Origin: a virus
Lineage: Duplodnaviria; Caudoviricetes
DNA: 54,873 nucleotides
Direction: 5' to 3' (one strand)
IMG/VR virus record: IMGVR_UViG_3300005860_000047
Coordinates: 1 to 54,873 of that record
How positions within the stretch are numbered: position 1 is the stretch's first letter; each line of letters begins with the position of its first letter. A model generated the notes under the pieces. That model was given only the letters and a program-made list of their open reading frames with translations, made no database searches and was not told the DNA's origin. Below are positions 8,978 through 18,345 of this stretch, piece by piece. A program made the translations under genes and the position numbers.

Positions 8978-11814
8978 CACAAATAAGCACCCAGCTCCGG
9001 GTGCTCCTCGCCGCGCAAGGCCCTTTCCCTGAACATCCGCCGCAAGCCCCCTGCCGGAGCCTCTTCCAGCGGCCTGTTCTCGCGCAAGACGGCCTCCGCC
9101 TGCTGCTTTTCCCACGCCGTGGCGTACTCGTAAACGTCCTTCCGCACCATGCAGGCTATCGCCAGCGAGATCACTCTGTCGTCGTGCGCCCCCGCCGCCG
9201 CCTCGAACTCGCCCGTGGTCGGGTTGCGCACAAAGGTAAGCATCTCCTGGAGCGTCGCCCGCTCGTTCACAACCACTTCCCCGTTGGAAAAAGCGGCGCG
9301 CAGGCCGTCGATCATCAGCCTGCGCGTCGCCTTAGTGGTGTTCCACCCGATCTTGTTCACGAACCCGCCGCTCAGCCTGTCGTAGACCCTGCGCTGGTAC
9401 AGCTTCGTGTACCCCATGTCCCGCAGGGCGAGAGCCGTCGCCAGCCCGTGCCCGCCGGTGACTTCCACGGCTATCAGCGCCTCGTTGTAATACTTGCCGA
9501 GCTGGTACAGGTCCAGCGCGAACGCCTGCGGCTCCTCTATCACGTGCAGGTGCGCCACCTGCTCGCCGGTCACCGCATCCACAACGTCCGCCGAGGAGGG
9601 GTCGCCGTCTTTTCCGGCCACGCCGGAACCCACGTCCGCCCCTATCACGTACAGCCTGCCGGGCTGCGGGTGCTTGAAGACGTGCAACCTCTCGCCGGGA
9701 ACTTCCACGAACTTGCCGTCCACAATCACCCCCTCGGCGAACGGCTGCGCCGCCACTTCCTCCAGCCTGGCCGCCACAGCCTCGACCCTGAAGGCGCAGG
9801 ACCGGTTCTGCAGCCACGCCTCGGCTTCGGTGGCCGGGTACTCCATCTTGAAGGCGTCCTCGTCGCCGCCGAAGTCGTTCTCTATCTTCCACTGCCGCCA
9901 GTAGAGCTGCTCCCTGGCCAGCGGCACGCCGAACAGCTCCGGCGGCCTCCTCACCTCGACCCCCGGCGGCACCGGGCGGCGGTACTCCTCGTGCTCGTAC
10001 CACGGGAAGAACAGAGCCTCGTACTCGGAGAGGCCGCGCTTCGCCCGCTGAAACGTGTCGTAGAACCACCCCGCCGGGCCGTTGCCCGTGGACTCGACGA
10101 AAACCGCCGTGTTGTTGAAGTCCGGCACGGCGGCGAACAATGCGCGGGTCAGCGCTTCGGCGTTTTCATAGAACGCGGCCTCGCTGTTGCTGACTATTCC
10201 TATAGGCGTCTCAAAGTCGTGCGCGGGGTCGTCGACTTCTATATCATATACATCCGCCGTCTCGTAAGGCTCTATCGACTTCACTCTAACAAACCACTTG
10301 CCGTCAACCAGCTTATACTTCTTTACATGGTCGCACCCCGCAGGAAAACTCTCTAGGCCCATCAACTCGCGTATTCTGCCGCCAAAATCTCCGTAGGCGC
10401 CTAAGACATACGCTGGCTTCGTTTTCTTATCGTACCGATACCGCTCGGCGTGATAATACAAAGCCGCTACCCCGTACCCGCGAGCCAGCAATAACCTGCG
10501 CATCTGTCTAGCAATTCTCTCATGAACGCTGGTAGCAGTAACCATGTTTTCCTTGTATTTTCCGTTAACCAGCGTTCTCGTCTTGCTGCCGTCACCGGAG
10601 AAATACCCCGCTATAACCCCGTCGACGAACTCTGGAGTAGCCTTGAAAAACCACCAAGGGACGTGCTTGTCTTCCTTCACCCCGCAAATCTCAGCAACCA
10701 AGTGCGCCAGAAACGTATCATAAACATCAGTAACTGCACGCTTACCTTCTCTGCGTCTTGTCCGGCAAGTCCTGCCAAACTGTCGCTGTAAATAAGCGTT
10801 TATGCGCTCGCAATAACGTTCGTCCGCATGATGTCCGAACGATACGGCGTGGTAGCGGTCACTATACCCGTACTGTCTCTTAACACAACCCTCCGCCAAG
10901 TAATAACCGAGGAGAAACCCGAAATCGAAATCAAGCGGTATATAAGCGTACTCGCGATGCCGCGTTCCGTGCGTCTTCTCTTTGTTCGGCAAGTAAAACT
11001 CGTACGCCTTAACCTCGCCGCTTATCTCCAGAGCCGGAAGCTGTATGTAGTCATCCGTCGTAAGCTCAGCACACCGCTTCCACCCGCTATCGGTAAGAAC
11101 TTTGTGCTCAGGCGTCATCGCAACGAACTCGTTCGACAGCCACGTTTCCACTTTTACCGTCTGCTTCTTGCCTGAGTAGAACTTGTTCTTCACCGGAGCA
11201 ACCTTCCCGGTAGAAGTGAGCACGCAGTCGCCGATTTTAACGTGTCTGACCGGTTTCGTGCTCCCATCTGCTAACACCACCAGCGAGTCTTTGTGCAAAC
11301 ACAAATGCACTAGGTGCAGGGTCCTCGACCTGCCGGGATGACCGCTTTCCGCCGACGAAATGACCAGCGACGAGCCGTTGTTGGCGAACGAAATCTCGTA
11401 CTTGGTGAAGTACCCTTCCTTGACCCCGAGCGCGTTCCTGAACCACTGCGGCAGGCTCCTCACCGCAAACCGGTTGATGTCCAGGATGTGCCTGGCCGCT
11501 TCGCGCTCGTGCGCGATCTCCATCGCCGACAGGTTCCCGTCCCTGAGCATCCTCCACAGTATGTAGGCTTGAATCACGGTGGAGACGCCCATCTGCCGCG
11601 CTTTCAGGACCACAAGCCGGACGGGCCGTTTCTCGGCGACCTGCCTGTTGACGGCGGCGACAATCTTCCGCTGGACGGAATTCAGCTCCAGCGTGCCCAC
11701 GGTGCCGTCCTTGCGGCGGATAAAGAAAAAGCGCCTGCAGAAGTACTCAAAGTCCGCAAGCGCCCTCTGCGCCGTCTCAGCCAGCACCGGGTCAAGCCGC
11801 GCCACAGCCAACAC
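8977..11814 (-). CDS. terL: Terminase large subunit with intein
   Basis: Walker A LKARQMGVST; Walker B LHLVHL/SEAAF split by the intein; ESTGNG; nuclease IGADVG and HDDRVIS. Confidence 0.95.
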   Translation of the reverse strand: MLAVARLDPVLAETAQRALADFEYFCRRFFFIRRKDGTVGTLELNSVQRKIVAAVNRQVAEKRPVRLVVLKARQMGVSTVIQAYILWRMLRDGNLSAMEIAHEREAARHILDINRFAVRSLPQWFRNALGVKEGYFTKYEISFANNGSSLVISSAESGHPGRSRTLHLVHLCLHKDSLVVLADGSTKPVRHVKIGDCVLTSTGKVAPVKNKFYSGKKQTVKVETWLSNEFVAMTPEHKVLTDSGWKRCAELTTDDYIQLPALEISGEVKAYEFYLPNKEKTHGTRHREYAYIPLDFDFGFLLGYYLAEGCVKRQYGYSDRYHAVSFGHHADERYCERINAYLQRQFGRTCRTRRREGKRAVTDVYDTFLAHLVAEICGVKEDKHVPWWFFKATPEFVDGVIAGYFSGDGSKTRTLVNGKYKENMVTATSVHERIARQMRRLLLARGYGVAALYYHAERYRYDKKTKPAYVLGAYGDFGGRIRELMGLESFPAGCDHVKKYKLVDGKWFVRVKSIEPYETADVYDIEVDDPAHDFETPIGIVSNSEAAFYENAEALTRALFAAVPDFNNTAVFVESTGNGPAGWFYDTFQRAKRGLSEYEALFFPWYEHEEYRRPVPPGVEVRRPPELFGVPLAREQLYWRQWKIENDFGGDEDAFKMEYPATEAEAWLQNRSCAFRVEAVAARLEEVAAQPFAEGVIVDGKFVEVPGERLHVFKHPQPGRLYVIGADVGSGVAGKDGDPSSADVVDAVTGEQVAHLHVIEEPQAFALDLYQLGKYYNEALIAVEVTGGHGLATALALRDMGYTKLYQRRVYDRLSGGFVNKIGWNTTKATRRLMIDGLRAAFSNGEVVVNERATLQEMLTFVRNPTTGEFEAAAGAHDDRVISLAIACMVRKDVYEYATAWEKQQAEAVLRENRPLEEAPAGGLRRMFRERALRGEEHPELGAYL
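10186..11301 (-). mobile_element. Intein (372 aa) with LAGLIDADG homing endonuclease
   Basis: Begins CLHKDSLV; TPEHKV block B; LLGYYLAEG and IAGYFSGDGS; ends GIVSN/S. Confidence 0.9.
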
Positions 11815-11835
11815 CCATCACCTCGCGCCGCCGCG

Positions 11836-12228
11836 CTACTCGTCTTCCTCCGCAACCTCGGCGTCTACAGCCTCCCGCGCCCTCCACTCGGCCAAATCGG
11901 CCTCGTAAATGCGCCGCTCTTCCGGCGACACGCCGAACTGGTTGACCACCTGCACCATCGCGCCCGCGCCCTTGCCGGTCAAGCCCATAACGTCCAAATA
12001 CATACGCATAAAGGACGCATCGCCTTCCACCGCCTTGAGCTTCAGGGTGTCCAGCACGTCAGGCAGGCCCTCGCCCAGCTTGACCATCGCCACCTTCAGG
12101 AACGCCTCGCGAAGGCTCGCAGCGTCTATGGCAGCGTCAAGCGCCTCCTCAAGGGTGACGGACGTCTTTCTGTCCAGGAGGCGCAAGACGAACTCTTTTG
12201 GTTCAAGAGGCATCAGCGCGTTGTCCAC
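11836..12228 (-). CDS. Putative terminase small subunit
   Basis: Immediately upstream of terL; LKLKAVEGDASFMRMYLD; start uncertain. Confidence 0.5.
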   Translation of the reverse strand: MDNALMPLEPKEFVLRLLDRKTSVTLEEALDAAIDAASLREAFLKVAMVKLGEGLPDVLDTLKLKAVEGDASFMRMYLDVMGLTGKGAGAMVQVVNQFGVSPEERRIYEADLAEWRAREAVDAEVAEEDE

Positions 12229-12541
12229 AGCTCGCACCCCGCCACTTCTCCAAGGTCTCCACAGCCTGCCTGCACCTCTCCTCCACCGTGCCCCGAACGG
12301 TGACGTAGCGCTTGCCCCGCAGCACCGCTTCCCGCAGGATCGCGTCCAGCAGGTTGCGGCAGCTCTCGCAGGTGTACCGCACGCCGTCGTCCACAACCGG
12401 AAACTCTACCGGGTGCCTTCCCCACCGCTCGATTACCTTGCGGGCCGCCTCCTCCACAAGCGGGAGGCCAAGCTCCTCGGACAGCCTCTTCGCGAGCATC
12501 GTCTTGCCGACGCCGTGAACGCCGATGACGCCTATCCGCAC
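12203..12541 (-). CDS. Short P-loop kinase-like protein (NadR/AAA_28-like, possibly truncated)
   Basis: IGVIGVHGVGKTMLAKRL..EEAAR; only 112 aa. Confidence 0.6.
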   Translation of the reverse strand: MRIGVIGVHGVGKTMLAKRLSEELGLPLVEEAARKVIERWGRHPVEFPVVDDGVRYTCESCRNLLDAILREAVLRGKRYVTVRGTVEERCRQAVETLEKWRGASCGQRADAS

Positions 12542-13344
12542 GCTCCCGCCCCCTGGCCTTGCGCGCCCTGCGCGGCCCGCTTTTCTTCCACCGCCTCAAG
12601 CACTTCCCTTATTCCTTCAAGCCGCCCGCCCACGTCGCGCCTTTCGGCCAGCACCTTCATGATCCCGGCCACCGCAGCGCGGTCCTCGTGGGTCAGCGCC
12701 CGCCACAGCGCGGAAATCGTCTGCTCGGCCTCCGTCGCGCCCAAAACGCCCGGAACCTTCTTGAACGGCGCGGCGAGCATCCACGCGGGCATCCCGAGGT
12801 AGTGCAGAATCCACAGCACGGTTCCAAACGTCAGCCGGTAGTGGTTGTAGCTCACGGGGTCGTCGGGGTTGCAGATGCCGCTCTTGCCGTACAGCCGCCC
12901 CACAAGGAAGTGCTTGATCGGCTGGACGTAGGCGCCGTCCCGCTGGTAGTACGGCGGCAGGATCTCCCGCAGGTTTCTAACACCCTTGCGGTGCGCTTCG
13001 CAAATGATGCGGTACGTCGTGAACCCGCCGCTTAAGTTGACGTAGTAAGCCTCGTCCACAAGCAGCTCCATCGGCACGCCGAGCTTGTCCGCCGCGTCTC
13101 CGAGAATCCGCCAATGCGCGTAGGCTCCTTGTCTGAGCCACAGTATAGAACTTTTATGCCTGCCCTCGCCTTCCGGCCGCGGCGGGAACAGCTCCTTCGG
13201 CGCGGTGTAAACGATCCTGTCGGGGTCGAAGTCGTACCCGCGCGTGCGGCAGACGATCCACAGCGTGGGAACGTCCAGCTTCAGCCGTATCGTATCGACT
13301 TCGTTGTGGCGGTAAATTTTCTTTTCCTCGGTCATGCGAACCAC
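12532..13344 (-). CDS. Hypothetical protein, first gene of the leftward operon
   Basis: 270-aa ORF downstream of the 13611-13640 promoter. Confidence 0.6.
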   Translation of the reverse strand: MVRMTEEKKIYRHNEVDTIRLKLDVPTLWIVCRTRGYDFDPDRIVYTAPKELFPPRPEGEGRHKSSILWLRQGAYAHWRILGDAADKLGVPMELLVDEAYYVNLSGGFTTYRIICEAHRKGVRNLREILPPYYQRDGAYVQPIKHFLVGRLYGKSGICNPDDPVSYNHYRLTFGTVLWILHYLGMPAWMLAAPFKKVPGVLGATEAEQTISALWRALTHEDRAAVAGIMKVLAERRDVGGRLEGIREVLEAVEEKRAAQGAQGQGAGACG

Positions 13345-13610
13345 ACGAAGAAGGCCGCCTCACGAACGAGCGGCCCGCGTAGGCAAAACGAAAGTCGCCC
13401 CGCGCGCTAGCCCGCAACAAGGCACCTCCGACATGAGTCGGAGTATTCGCCATGCGGTGGCAGCCAACGGCCCTGCGGCCGTTAATTCTCGTCGCGGCGC
13501 CCGCAACCCACCGAACCGGGCGCCGCGCTCTGGTGGAGGAGGTGCGCCATGCTATACACAGGCGGTGTCGGTTTTTGGCGTGTGCTGCGAAACACCGAAT
13601 TTCCACGGTC

Positions 13611-13640
13611 ATAGTACCACAGAGAGTGGTACGCTGTCAA
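13611..13640 (-). promoter_or_regulatory. Sigma-A-type promoter with embedded palindromic operator
   Basis: Minus strand TTGACA-N18-TACTAT; GTACCAC-AGAGA-GTGGTAC at 13614-13632. Confidence 0.7.
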
Positions 13641-13840
13641 TACCCAAGATACGACCACCGCTTCAATCCCACAGGCTTTTTGCCGTCGAAGCGTTTGCGC
13701 CCGCGCCTGCGCCCTCCGCCGCGCTTGTTGCCGGAGAGGACGACCACAGAAGTTGAGCGAAACTTCGGGAGCACTTCGCGCAAGCCGTAGTACTTGTCGT
13801 TTTCCACAGCGTGGGGCCTCCCTGCCCGGTCGTAATGAGT

Positions 13841-14239
13841 CTAGTTCAGCGGGCTGTTGTCAGGCCAGGCGTATATTGTAAAAGGACCGGAGAACTCTTT
13901 GACCTTTATGCCGATCTCCTTCATCACATCATAAGCCCTCCGTCTCGTCATGCTGATACCGCGGTTGCTTAGCCTCTTCTCTATACTGGCCCACAGCTCG
14001 TGACAGGGGATCTCTTTGCGTTTGCCGCCCTCAAACACTTCGTAGAGAATTTCCTTCAGAATTTCACCCTTCTTAAGCTTGCGTTCTCTTGGCTGCGCCT
14101 CTTTTGTCTCCGGCACTCCGTACCGCTGGCACAGAATCTTGACCACCATCCTCGGCGCATTCACGCCTTCTTTTTCGGCCTCTTCGAGCAGCCGCAACCC
14201 GACATTCTCCGGCAACCACAGCCGTATGCTTATGGGCAT
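13841..14239 (-). CDS. Putative DNA-binding protein
   Basis: GGAGGTGG RBS before ATG 14239; RHH-like N-terminus, basic C-terminus. Confidence 0.55.
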   Translation of the reverse strand: MPISIRLWLPENVGLRLLEEAEKEGVNAPRMVVKILCQRYGVPETKEAQPRERKLKKGEILKEILYEVFEGGKRKEIPCHELWASIEKRLSNRGISMTRRRAYDVMKEIGIKVKEFSGPFTIYAWPDNSPLN

Positions 14240-14258
14240 CTGAGCCACCTCCACGCTT

Positions 14259-14287
14259 AGTGTATCACTAGGCGCGTATGTTGTCAA
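14259..14287 (-). promoter_or_regulatory. Sigma-A-type promoter
   Basis: Minus strand TTGACA-N17-TACACT. Confidence 0.7.
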
Positions 14288-14348
14288 GAAGCATTTGGTA
14301 TAAGTAGTTTACAGGTTGACTATGACGGATACTTGCTTGCACTCGGCC

Positions 14349-14540
14349 TCGAACGTCCGACATATGAATGAAGGAAAATACCCCCTACGTAAATTTCTGT
14401 TTCCATCATCACGTAAGAAGTTGAGTAAACACATTAGTATGTGTTTACCTCTCAAAACCTTAGTATTTAAAACTACTTAACGATGGAAGAAAACATTTAC
14501 GTAGAGGCGTTTTTCCTTCTTTCATATGTCGGACGTTCGA
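14349..14540. repeat. Long imperfect inverted repeat with nested hairpin
   Basis: ~59-bp arms at 14349-14407 and 14482-14540; inner GTAAACACAT-TAGT-ATGTGTTTAC. Confidence 0.9.
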
Positions 14541-15007
14541 CGTTAGCTACTGTCTTATCCTTCCTTCAAGGTCTGGCTTGACTTCCTCCCCTGCATATGG
14601 AAAACCCTGTGAGCGTCCCCGCCCGCGCGAGGCTACCCCTGCCGGCCGGGGTACCCATATGCCTAGCTAAGCATAACGCCGGTAACCTGGCAATCGCTGG
14701 TGGATTGCCGGCTACCTGCCAGTTGTTTCCAGGTTGGCTGTCGCCCCAGAAAGTCCCAAGCTGTGGCTGCGGCCTGTGGGACCAAATTGCTGGCTGCCTT
14801 CCAGTTGTTGCCAAGTTGTCACCGCTATGTCCAAGCAGACATAACTCGCTGTCGGTCGCAGACACAGGTGCGGCTGCGTAAATGAAAAAGCGTGAAAGAA
14901 ATTGTGTGTGCGCGTGAAAGAGGAAGGATGAACGCTGGCGCAATCTACGGCCAGCCGATTTTGACCAAAATCGGGCGAGAATCCACTTTGTGTGCATACA
15001 CTTGGCG

Positions 15008-15016
15008 TGCTATAAT
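15008..15016 (+). promoter_or_regulatory. Extended -10 promoter for the early region
   Basis: TGCTATAAT followed by AAGGAGGTGA RBS. Confidence 0.6.
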
Positions 15017-15049
15017 GAGGCCAGAGACAAGGAAGGAGGTGAACAACAA

Positions 15050-15250
15050 GTGGCAGGGAGGCTTCGGCAGCGGTATCAGTGGCGCTCCGGCCAATGGGAA
15101 TGCGTCCTCTCGCTTCCCGGCGGCCGCCAGGCCACTGGGCGCGGCCGGAGCAAGCGGGAAGCGTACAAAGCCGCCCGCGCGGTTTTGTATGGCCCAGCCG
15201 GCTGGCGGCCGGCTTGGGCGAATGGCGGTAACGTGAGGCTAATTGGCTAG
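15050..15250 (+). CDS. Small early protein with dsRBD-like motif
   Basis: Strong RBS before GTG; ATGRGRSKREAYKAA. Confidence 0.55.
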   Translation: MAGRLRQRYQWRSGQWECVLSLPGGRQATGRGRSKREAYKAARAVLYGPAGWRPAWANGGNVRLIG

Positions 15251-15774
15251 CCCCGTTGGGCGCCGTCTGGGCGCCGAGGCGGCTTCTGCGCCATTCGCGA
15301 GCGGCGCGCGAGGCGCAGCGCGGGCAGGGCGCTGCGTAGTAGCTGTCGCGGACGGTGGATGCGGTTGCCGCTCAGCGCCTAGGCCGGTGATCTTTGAAAA
15401 GTCTGCCAATTCCAGGCTCACCTGCCAGAGCGGGGAATTGGCTATATCGGCCGCTTCGTGGGAGCGCGGCCTTGCGCTGTGCCTTGCGAAGTCGGCAGTT
15501 CGCCCTACCGGCCAGCTGGGAAACGCTGCCAGCTAGCTGGCACTGGCTGGCGCCGCCCAACCCTCCGGTAGTGGCTATCCCAGGGCGCCGGGAATGCCTT
15601 CCGGCTTTGGACCAGGTTTGCCAGAACCTGGAAAACCGGCCGGAAGTTAGCTCCGGCGGCTTGGGGAGGGCTGCCAATTCCTGGCAACAGGGATTGGCTA
15701 CGGCCGGCGGCCAACACAGAGAGACGCGGCCGCCTGGCCCAATACGGCGCAGGGGTTGCAGCACTCGGCTTGTG

Positions 15775-15804
15775 GGCTCAATGAAGCCCTGTGGGCTGAG
15801 GGCC
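15775..15804 (+). ncRNA. Kink-turn-like hairpin, copy 1
   Basis: GGCUC-AAU-GA-AGCC-CUGUG-GGCU-GA-GGGCC. Confidence 0.5.
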
Positions 15805-15844
15805 GATTGTACATATCACAAAACCCTGGAGGAGGTTTTCCACC

Positions 15845-16162
15845 ATGCTCTACATTGCGGACGGCTTGCGCAATCACGTCAAGCAGTTGCTTGCCGAATA
15901 CCCAGACGCAGACGAGCTGCTTGTCGACGTGATTGCCGACGGCTGGCTCGGCGTCCACCAAGCAGAAGCGGCTTGCGAGTTCTTTGGTCTGGACTACGAC
16001 GAGAACGACGAGTGGATCTGGGAGAAGATTGACGAAGCGGCGGAGAAGGAAGCCGAGGAGTTGAACGCGGAGTTGAGCGACTTGCCGGGGTACTTCTGCT
16101 TCGGTCATTGGGACGGCGGCGGCGAATACGGCTTGATCTTCGTGCGCGAGGCGGCCGAGTAA
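15845..16162 (+). CDS. Acidic hypothetical protein
   Basis: GGAGGAGG RBS; very D/E-rich. Confidence 0.7.
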   Translation: MLYIADGLRNHVKQLLAEYPDADELLVDVIADGWLGVHQAEAACEFFGLDYDENDEWIWEKIDEAAEKEAEELNAELSDLPGYFCFGHWDGGGEYGLIFVREAAE

Positions 16163-16211
16163 GGCCGCCTCTCCTGTACATAACCCAAAACCTAGTGGGA
16201 GGTATAGCGAA

Positions 16212-16547
16212 ATGCACAAACCTAAAGTCCTAATTGACCAATACTATGGTGATTGTGGTCTATATGTCGAAGTTTGTTGCCAGGTTGTGGAGATTGTGGA
16301 TGCGCACTACGATGACGAAACAGACACTACCTTAGTGCAATACGCTTCACCTTCCCTACGCGATGTTCTTATTGGTCCTCACCGCGGCTGCTACGGCGGG
16401 GGCCGCCCGCCGTTCAAGTCGCAGCGAAAGAAGGTTTTGGCCGCCGCAATTTCCTACATCGGATATTACGGCGGTGAAACTTCAAAAATCTGGCGCGGTT
16501 ATGTATTGCCTAAGTGGTTCCCCCAAGCAAAGGAGGCGGCCTGCTGA
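16212..16547 (+). CDS. Hypothetical protein
   Basis: GGGAGGT RBS. Confidence 0.65.
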   Translation: MHKPKVLIDQYYGDCGLYVEVCCQVVEIVDAHYDDETDTTLVQYASPSLRDVLIGPHRGCYGGGRPPFKSQRKKVLAAAISYIGYYGGETSKIWRGYVLPKWFPQAKEAAC

Positions 16548-16589
16548 GAAGCCGCCTTTTGTACATAACCGCTTTGGGAGGGATTGGCA

Positions 16590-16787
16590 ATGGCGTTGTT
16601 CTGTGGGCCTGGGTGCAAGGCTAGCTACCGCGAAGACAGACGGATAGGCGTGATTTACCCACTTGTTCTAGACCGCGAAACCGGCCGGCGCTACGGCTGG
16701 GAAGAGGCCAGCGAACTGTTTGGGTTTTGCGCTTATTGCGGGCAGGAGGTGAAGCGAAATGCGGCTAGAACTCGAAAGGCTCGCTGA
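16590..16787 (+). CDS. Small Cys-containing protein
   Basis: GGGAGGG RBS; CGPGC and CAYC. Confidence 0.55.
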   Translation: MALFCGPGCKASYREDRRIGVIYPLVLDRETGRRYGWEEASELFGFCAYCGQEVKRNAARTRKAR

Positions 16788-17028
16788 AGAGCTTGACGCT
16801 TGGCTTCCCAGCGAGAGCGAGGAGTTTACTACTCTGTTCTTCCGCTTGCTTGCAAGCCTGCCGGGCGGTGAGCTGGCCGAAGAGGCCGGCTACCGCCCGC
16901 TGCCTGTGGGTTGGAAAGAGGCCGAGCTGTTGGCGAAGACGCTGGCGACTTTGCAAGACGCCAGCGACGTGGCCTACCTAGTGGGCCGGCTGGCCGGCGG
17001 AAGGCTGGTCGAGGACGCGGCTTGCTAG
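16759..17028 (+). CDS. Hypothetical protein
   Basis: AGGAGGTG RBS. Confidence 0.65.
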   Translation: MRLELERLAEELDAWLPSESEEFTTLFFRLLASLPGGELAEEAGYRPLPVGWKEAELLAKTLATLQDASDVAYLVGRLAGGRLVEDAAC

Positions 17029-17078
17029 CCGCCCTTTCTCGTACATACCGCAAAACCTCGCAGGAGGAGGTTCGCGCC

Positions 17079-17231
17079 ATGTTGGTCATTTATTGCTACC
17101 TGCTCGGCCGGTCATTCGCGGCCGAACGGGTTCCGGCCTGCCCGTTCGCAGTAGACATGGCCGAAGTCGATCAGGAATGGGTGCTGCGGGAGGTGGCCGC
17201 CGATGGCAACGATAGCGAGAACGGTCATTGA
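17079..17231 (+). CDS. Small hypothetical protein
   Basis: AGGAGGAGG RBS before ATG 17079. Confidence 0.5.
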   Translation: MLVIYCYLLGRSFAAERVPACPFAVDMAEVDQEWVLREVAADGNDSENGH

Positions 17232-18345
17232 TCCACTCCCCGCCGTGGCCACGTTCTACGGCCTGGACGCACTGCGCCAGGCCGCCAAGACCGAGCCCTT
17301 CCGGCCTAGCCACGAGCGGTGGCGGGCGGATTTGGAAGACTTGTGGGGCCGATTGGTTCCTCGGCTGGCCAGGTGCTTCTACGATTACCTGGCGCTGGCT
17401 TGCTTCGGCGAGGCCAGGCACGCGGACCGGGAGGCCAGCCACTACATTGAGGACTTCCCGGCTGATGGCGGCGACAGCCGGGGTGAGGCGGTAGTTGCGG
17501 CCCTCGGTTACGATCCGCGCCAGTTCCTGCCAGTCTTGGAGCGCCTTTTCTTTGAGGCGCGGTGGCAGGGTGGTTTCGGCGGCGAGAGCTGGGGCCGCAT
17601 CGCGAAGGCGGCTCAGCTCTACGGTCGGCTACCGGATGCGGTTTTCGTAGACCACGTTGTGGACCTTACCCACAACGGCGGCCTCTGCTTCGACAAGGAA
17701 GAGGCCGGCCTGCATGTGGGTTCGCGTGTGACCTATCTGGAAATACTTGATCGCAAGCGGAGAGACGATCCAAGCGCGTTTTTGGAATTCTTGTGTCACT
17801 TTCATTACACCAGACTTCCCTGGGCGTTCGTCAAACTTGTCCTGCGCGCCGTGGCCCTGGAGCTTGTGGTCTTGTCGCCCTGGGCGCTGTCGGCGCTGGC
17901 CTACCGTCGGCGCGAGTGGGCCATGCGTTACACCTGGCCCGACGAGCAGCTGGCGCTCATCCTGGAATACGAGCCAGTCGAGTGGGGCGACGGGGTGCTA
18001 GGCGATAGCTTGGTTAAGTCCAATCGGTGGGTGACCTGCGACGGCTGCGACGAGGATATACCGGAAGGCGACGCTTATTCGTTCGGCGGGTACACTTATT
18101 GCTCCTCGTGCTATGAAGAGCGGGTTAGCACCTGCGACCACTGCAACAAGGCCGTCTGGGCCGAGGATCTGTGGTGGTCCGAGGCTTACGACGGCTGGCT
18201 GTGTGAGAGCTGCCGGGAAGAATTGCTAGACTATTGTGCGTCATGCGGTTGCGAGATTTTGGTCGAAGACGCGATATGGGATGACGGCTCAGAAGACTAC
18301 GTTTGCCAAGACTGCGCTAAAAGCGAAGACGGGGAGGTGGCTTGA
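17203..18345 (+). CDS. Hypothetical protein with C-terminal zinc-ribbon repeats
   Basis: Six CxxC motifs in the last ~100 aa. Confidence 0.7.
   Translation: MATIARTVIDPLPAVATFYGLDALRQAAKTEPFRPSHERWRADLEDLWGRLVPRLARCFYDYLALACFGEARHADREASHYIEDFPADGGDSRGEAVVAALGYDPRQFLPVLERLFFEARWQGGFGGESWGRIAKAAQLYGRLPDAVFVDHVVDLTHNGGLCFDKEEAGLHVGSRVTYLEILDRKRRDDPSAFLEFLCHFHYTRLPWAFVKLVLRAVALELVVLSPWALSALAYRRREWAMRYTWPDEQLALILEYEPVEWGDGVLGDSLVKSNRWVTCDGCDEDIPEGDAYSFGGYTYCSSCYEERVSTCDHCNKAVWAEDLWWSEAYDGWLCESCREELLDYCASCGCEILVEDAIWDDGSEDYVCQDCAKSEDGEVA

Noticed and set aside
2686-12802. Long plus-strand ORFs opposite the structural genes, and minus-strand ORFs opposite the replication genes
   Set aside because: Shadow ORFs of high-GC coding sequence with no recognisable motifs
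14240-14287. TTG start at 14287 for the 13841 ORF
   Set aside because: That TTG is the -35 box TTGACA; the RBS supports ATG 14239
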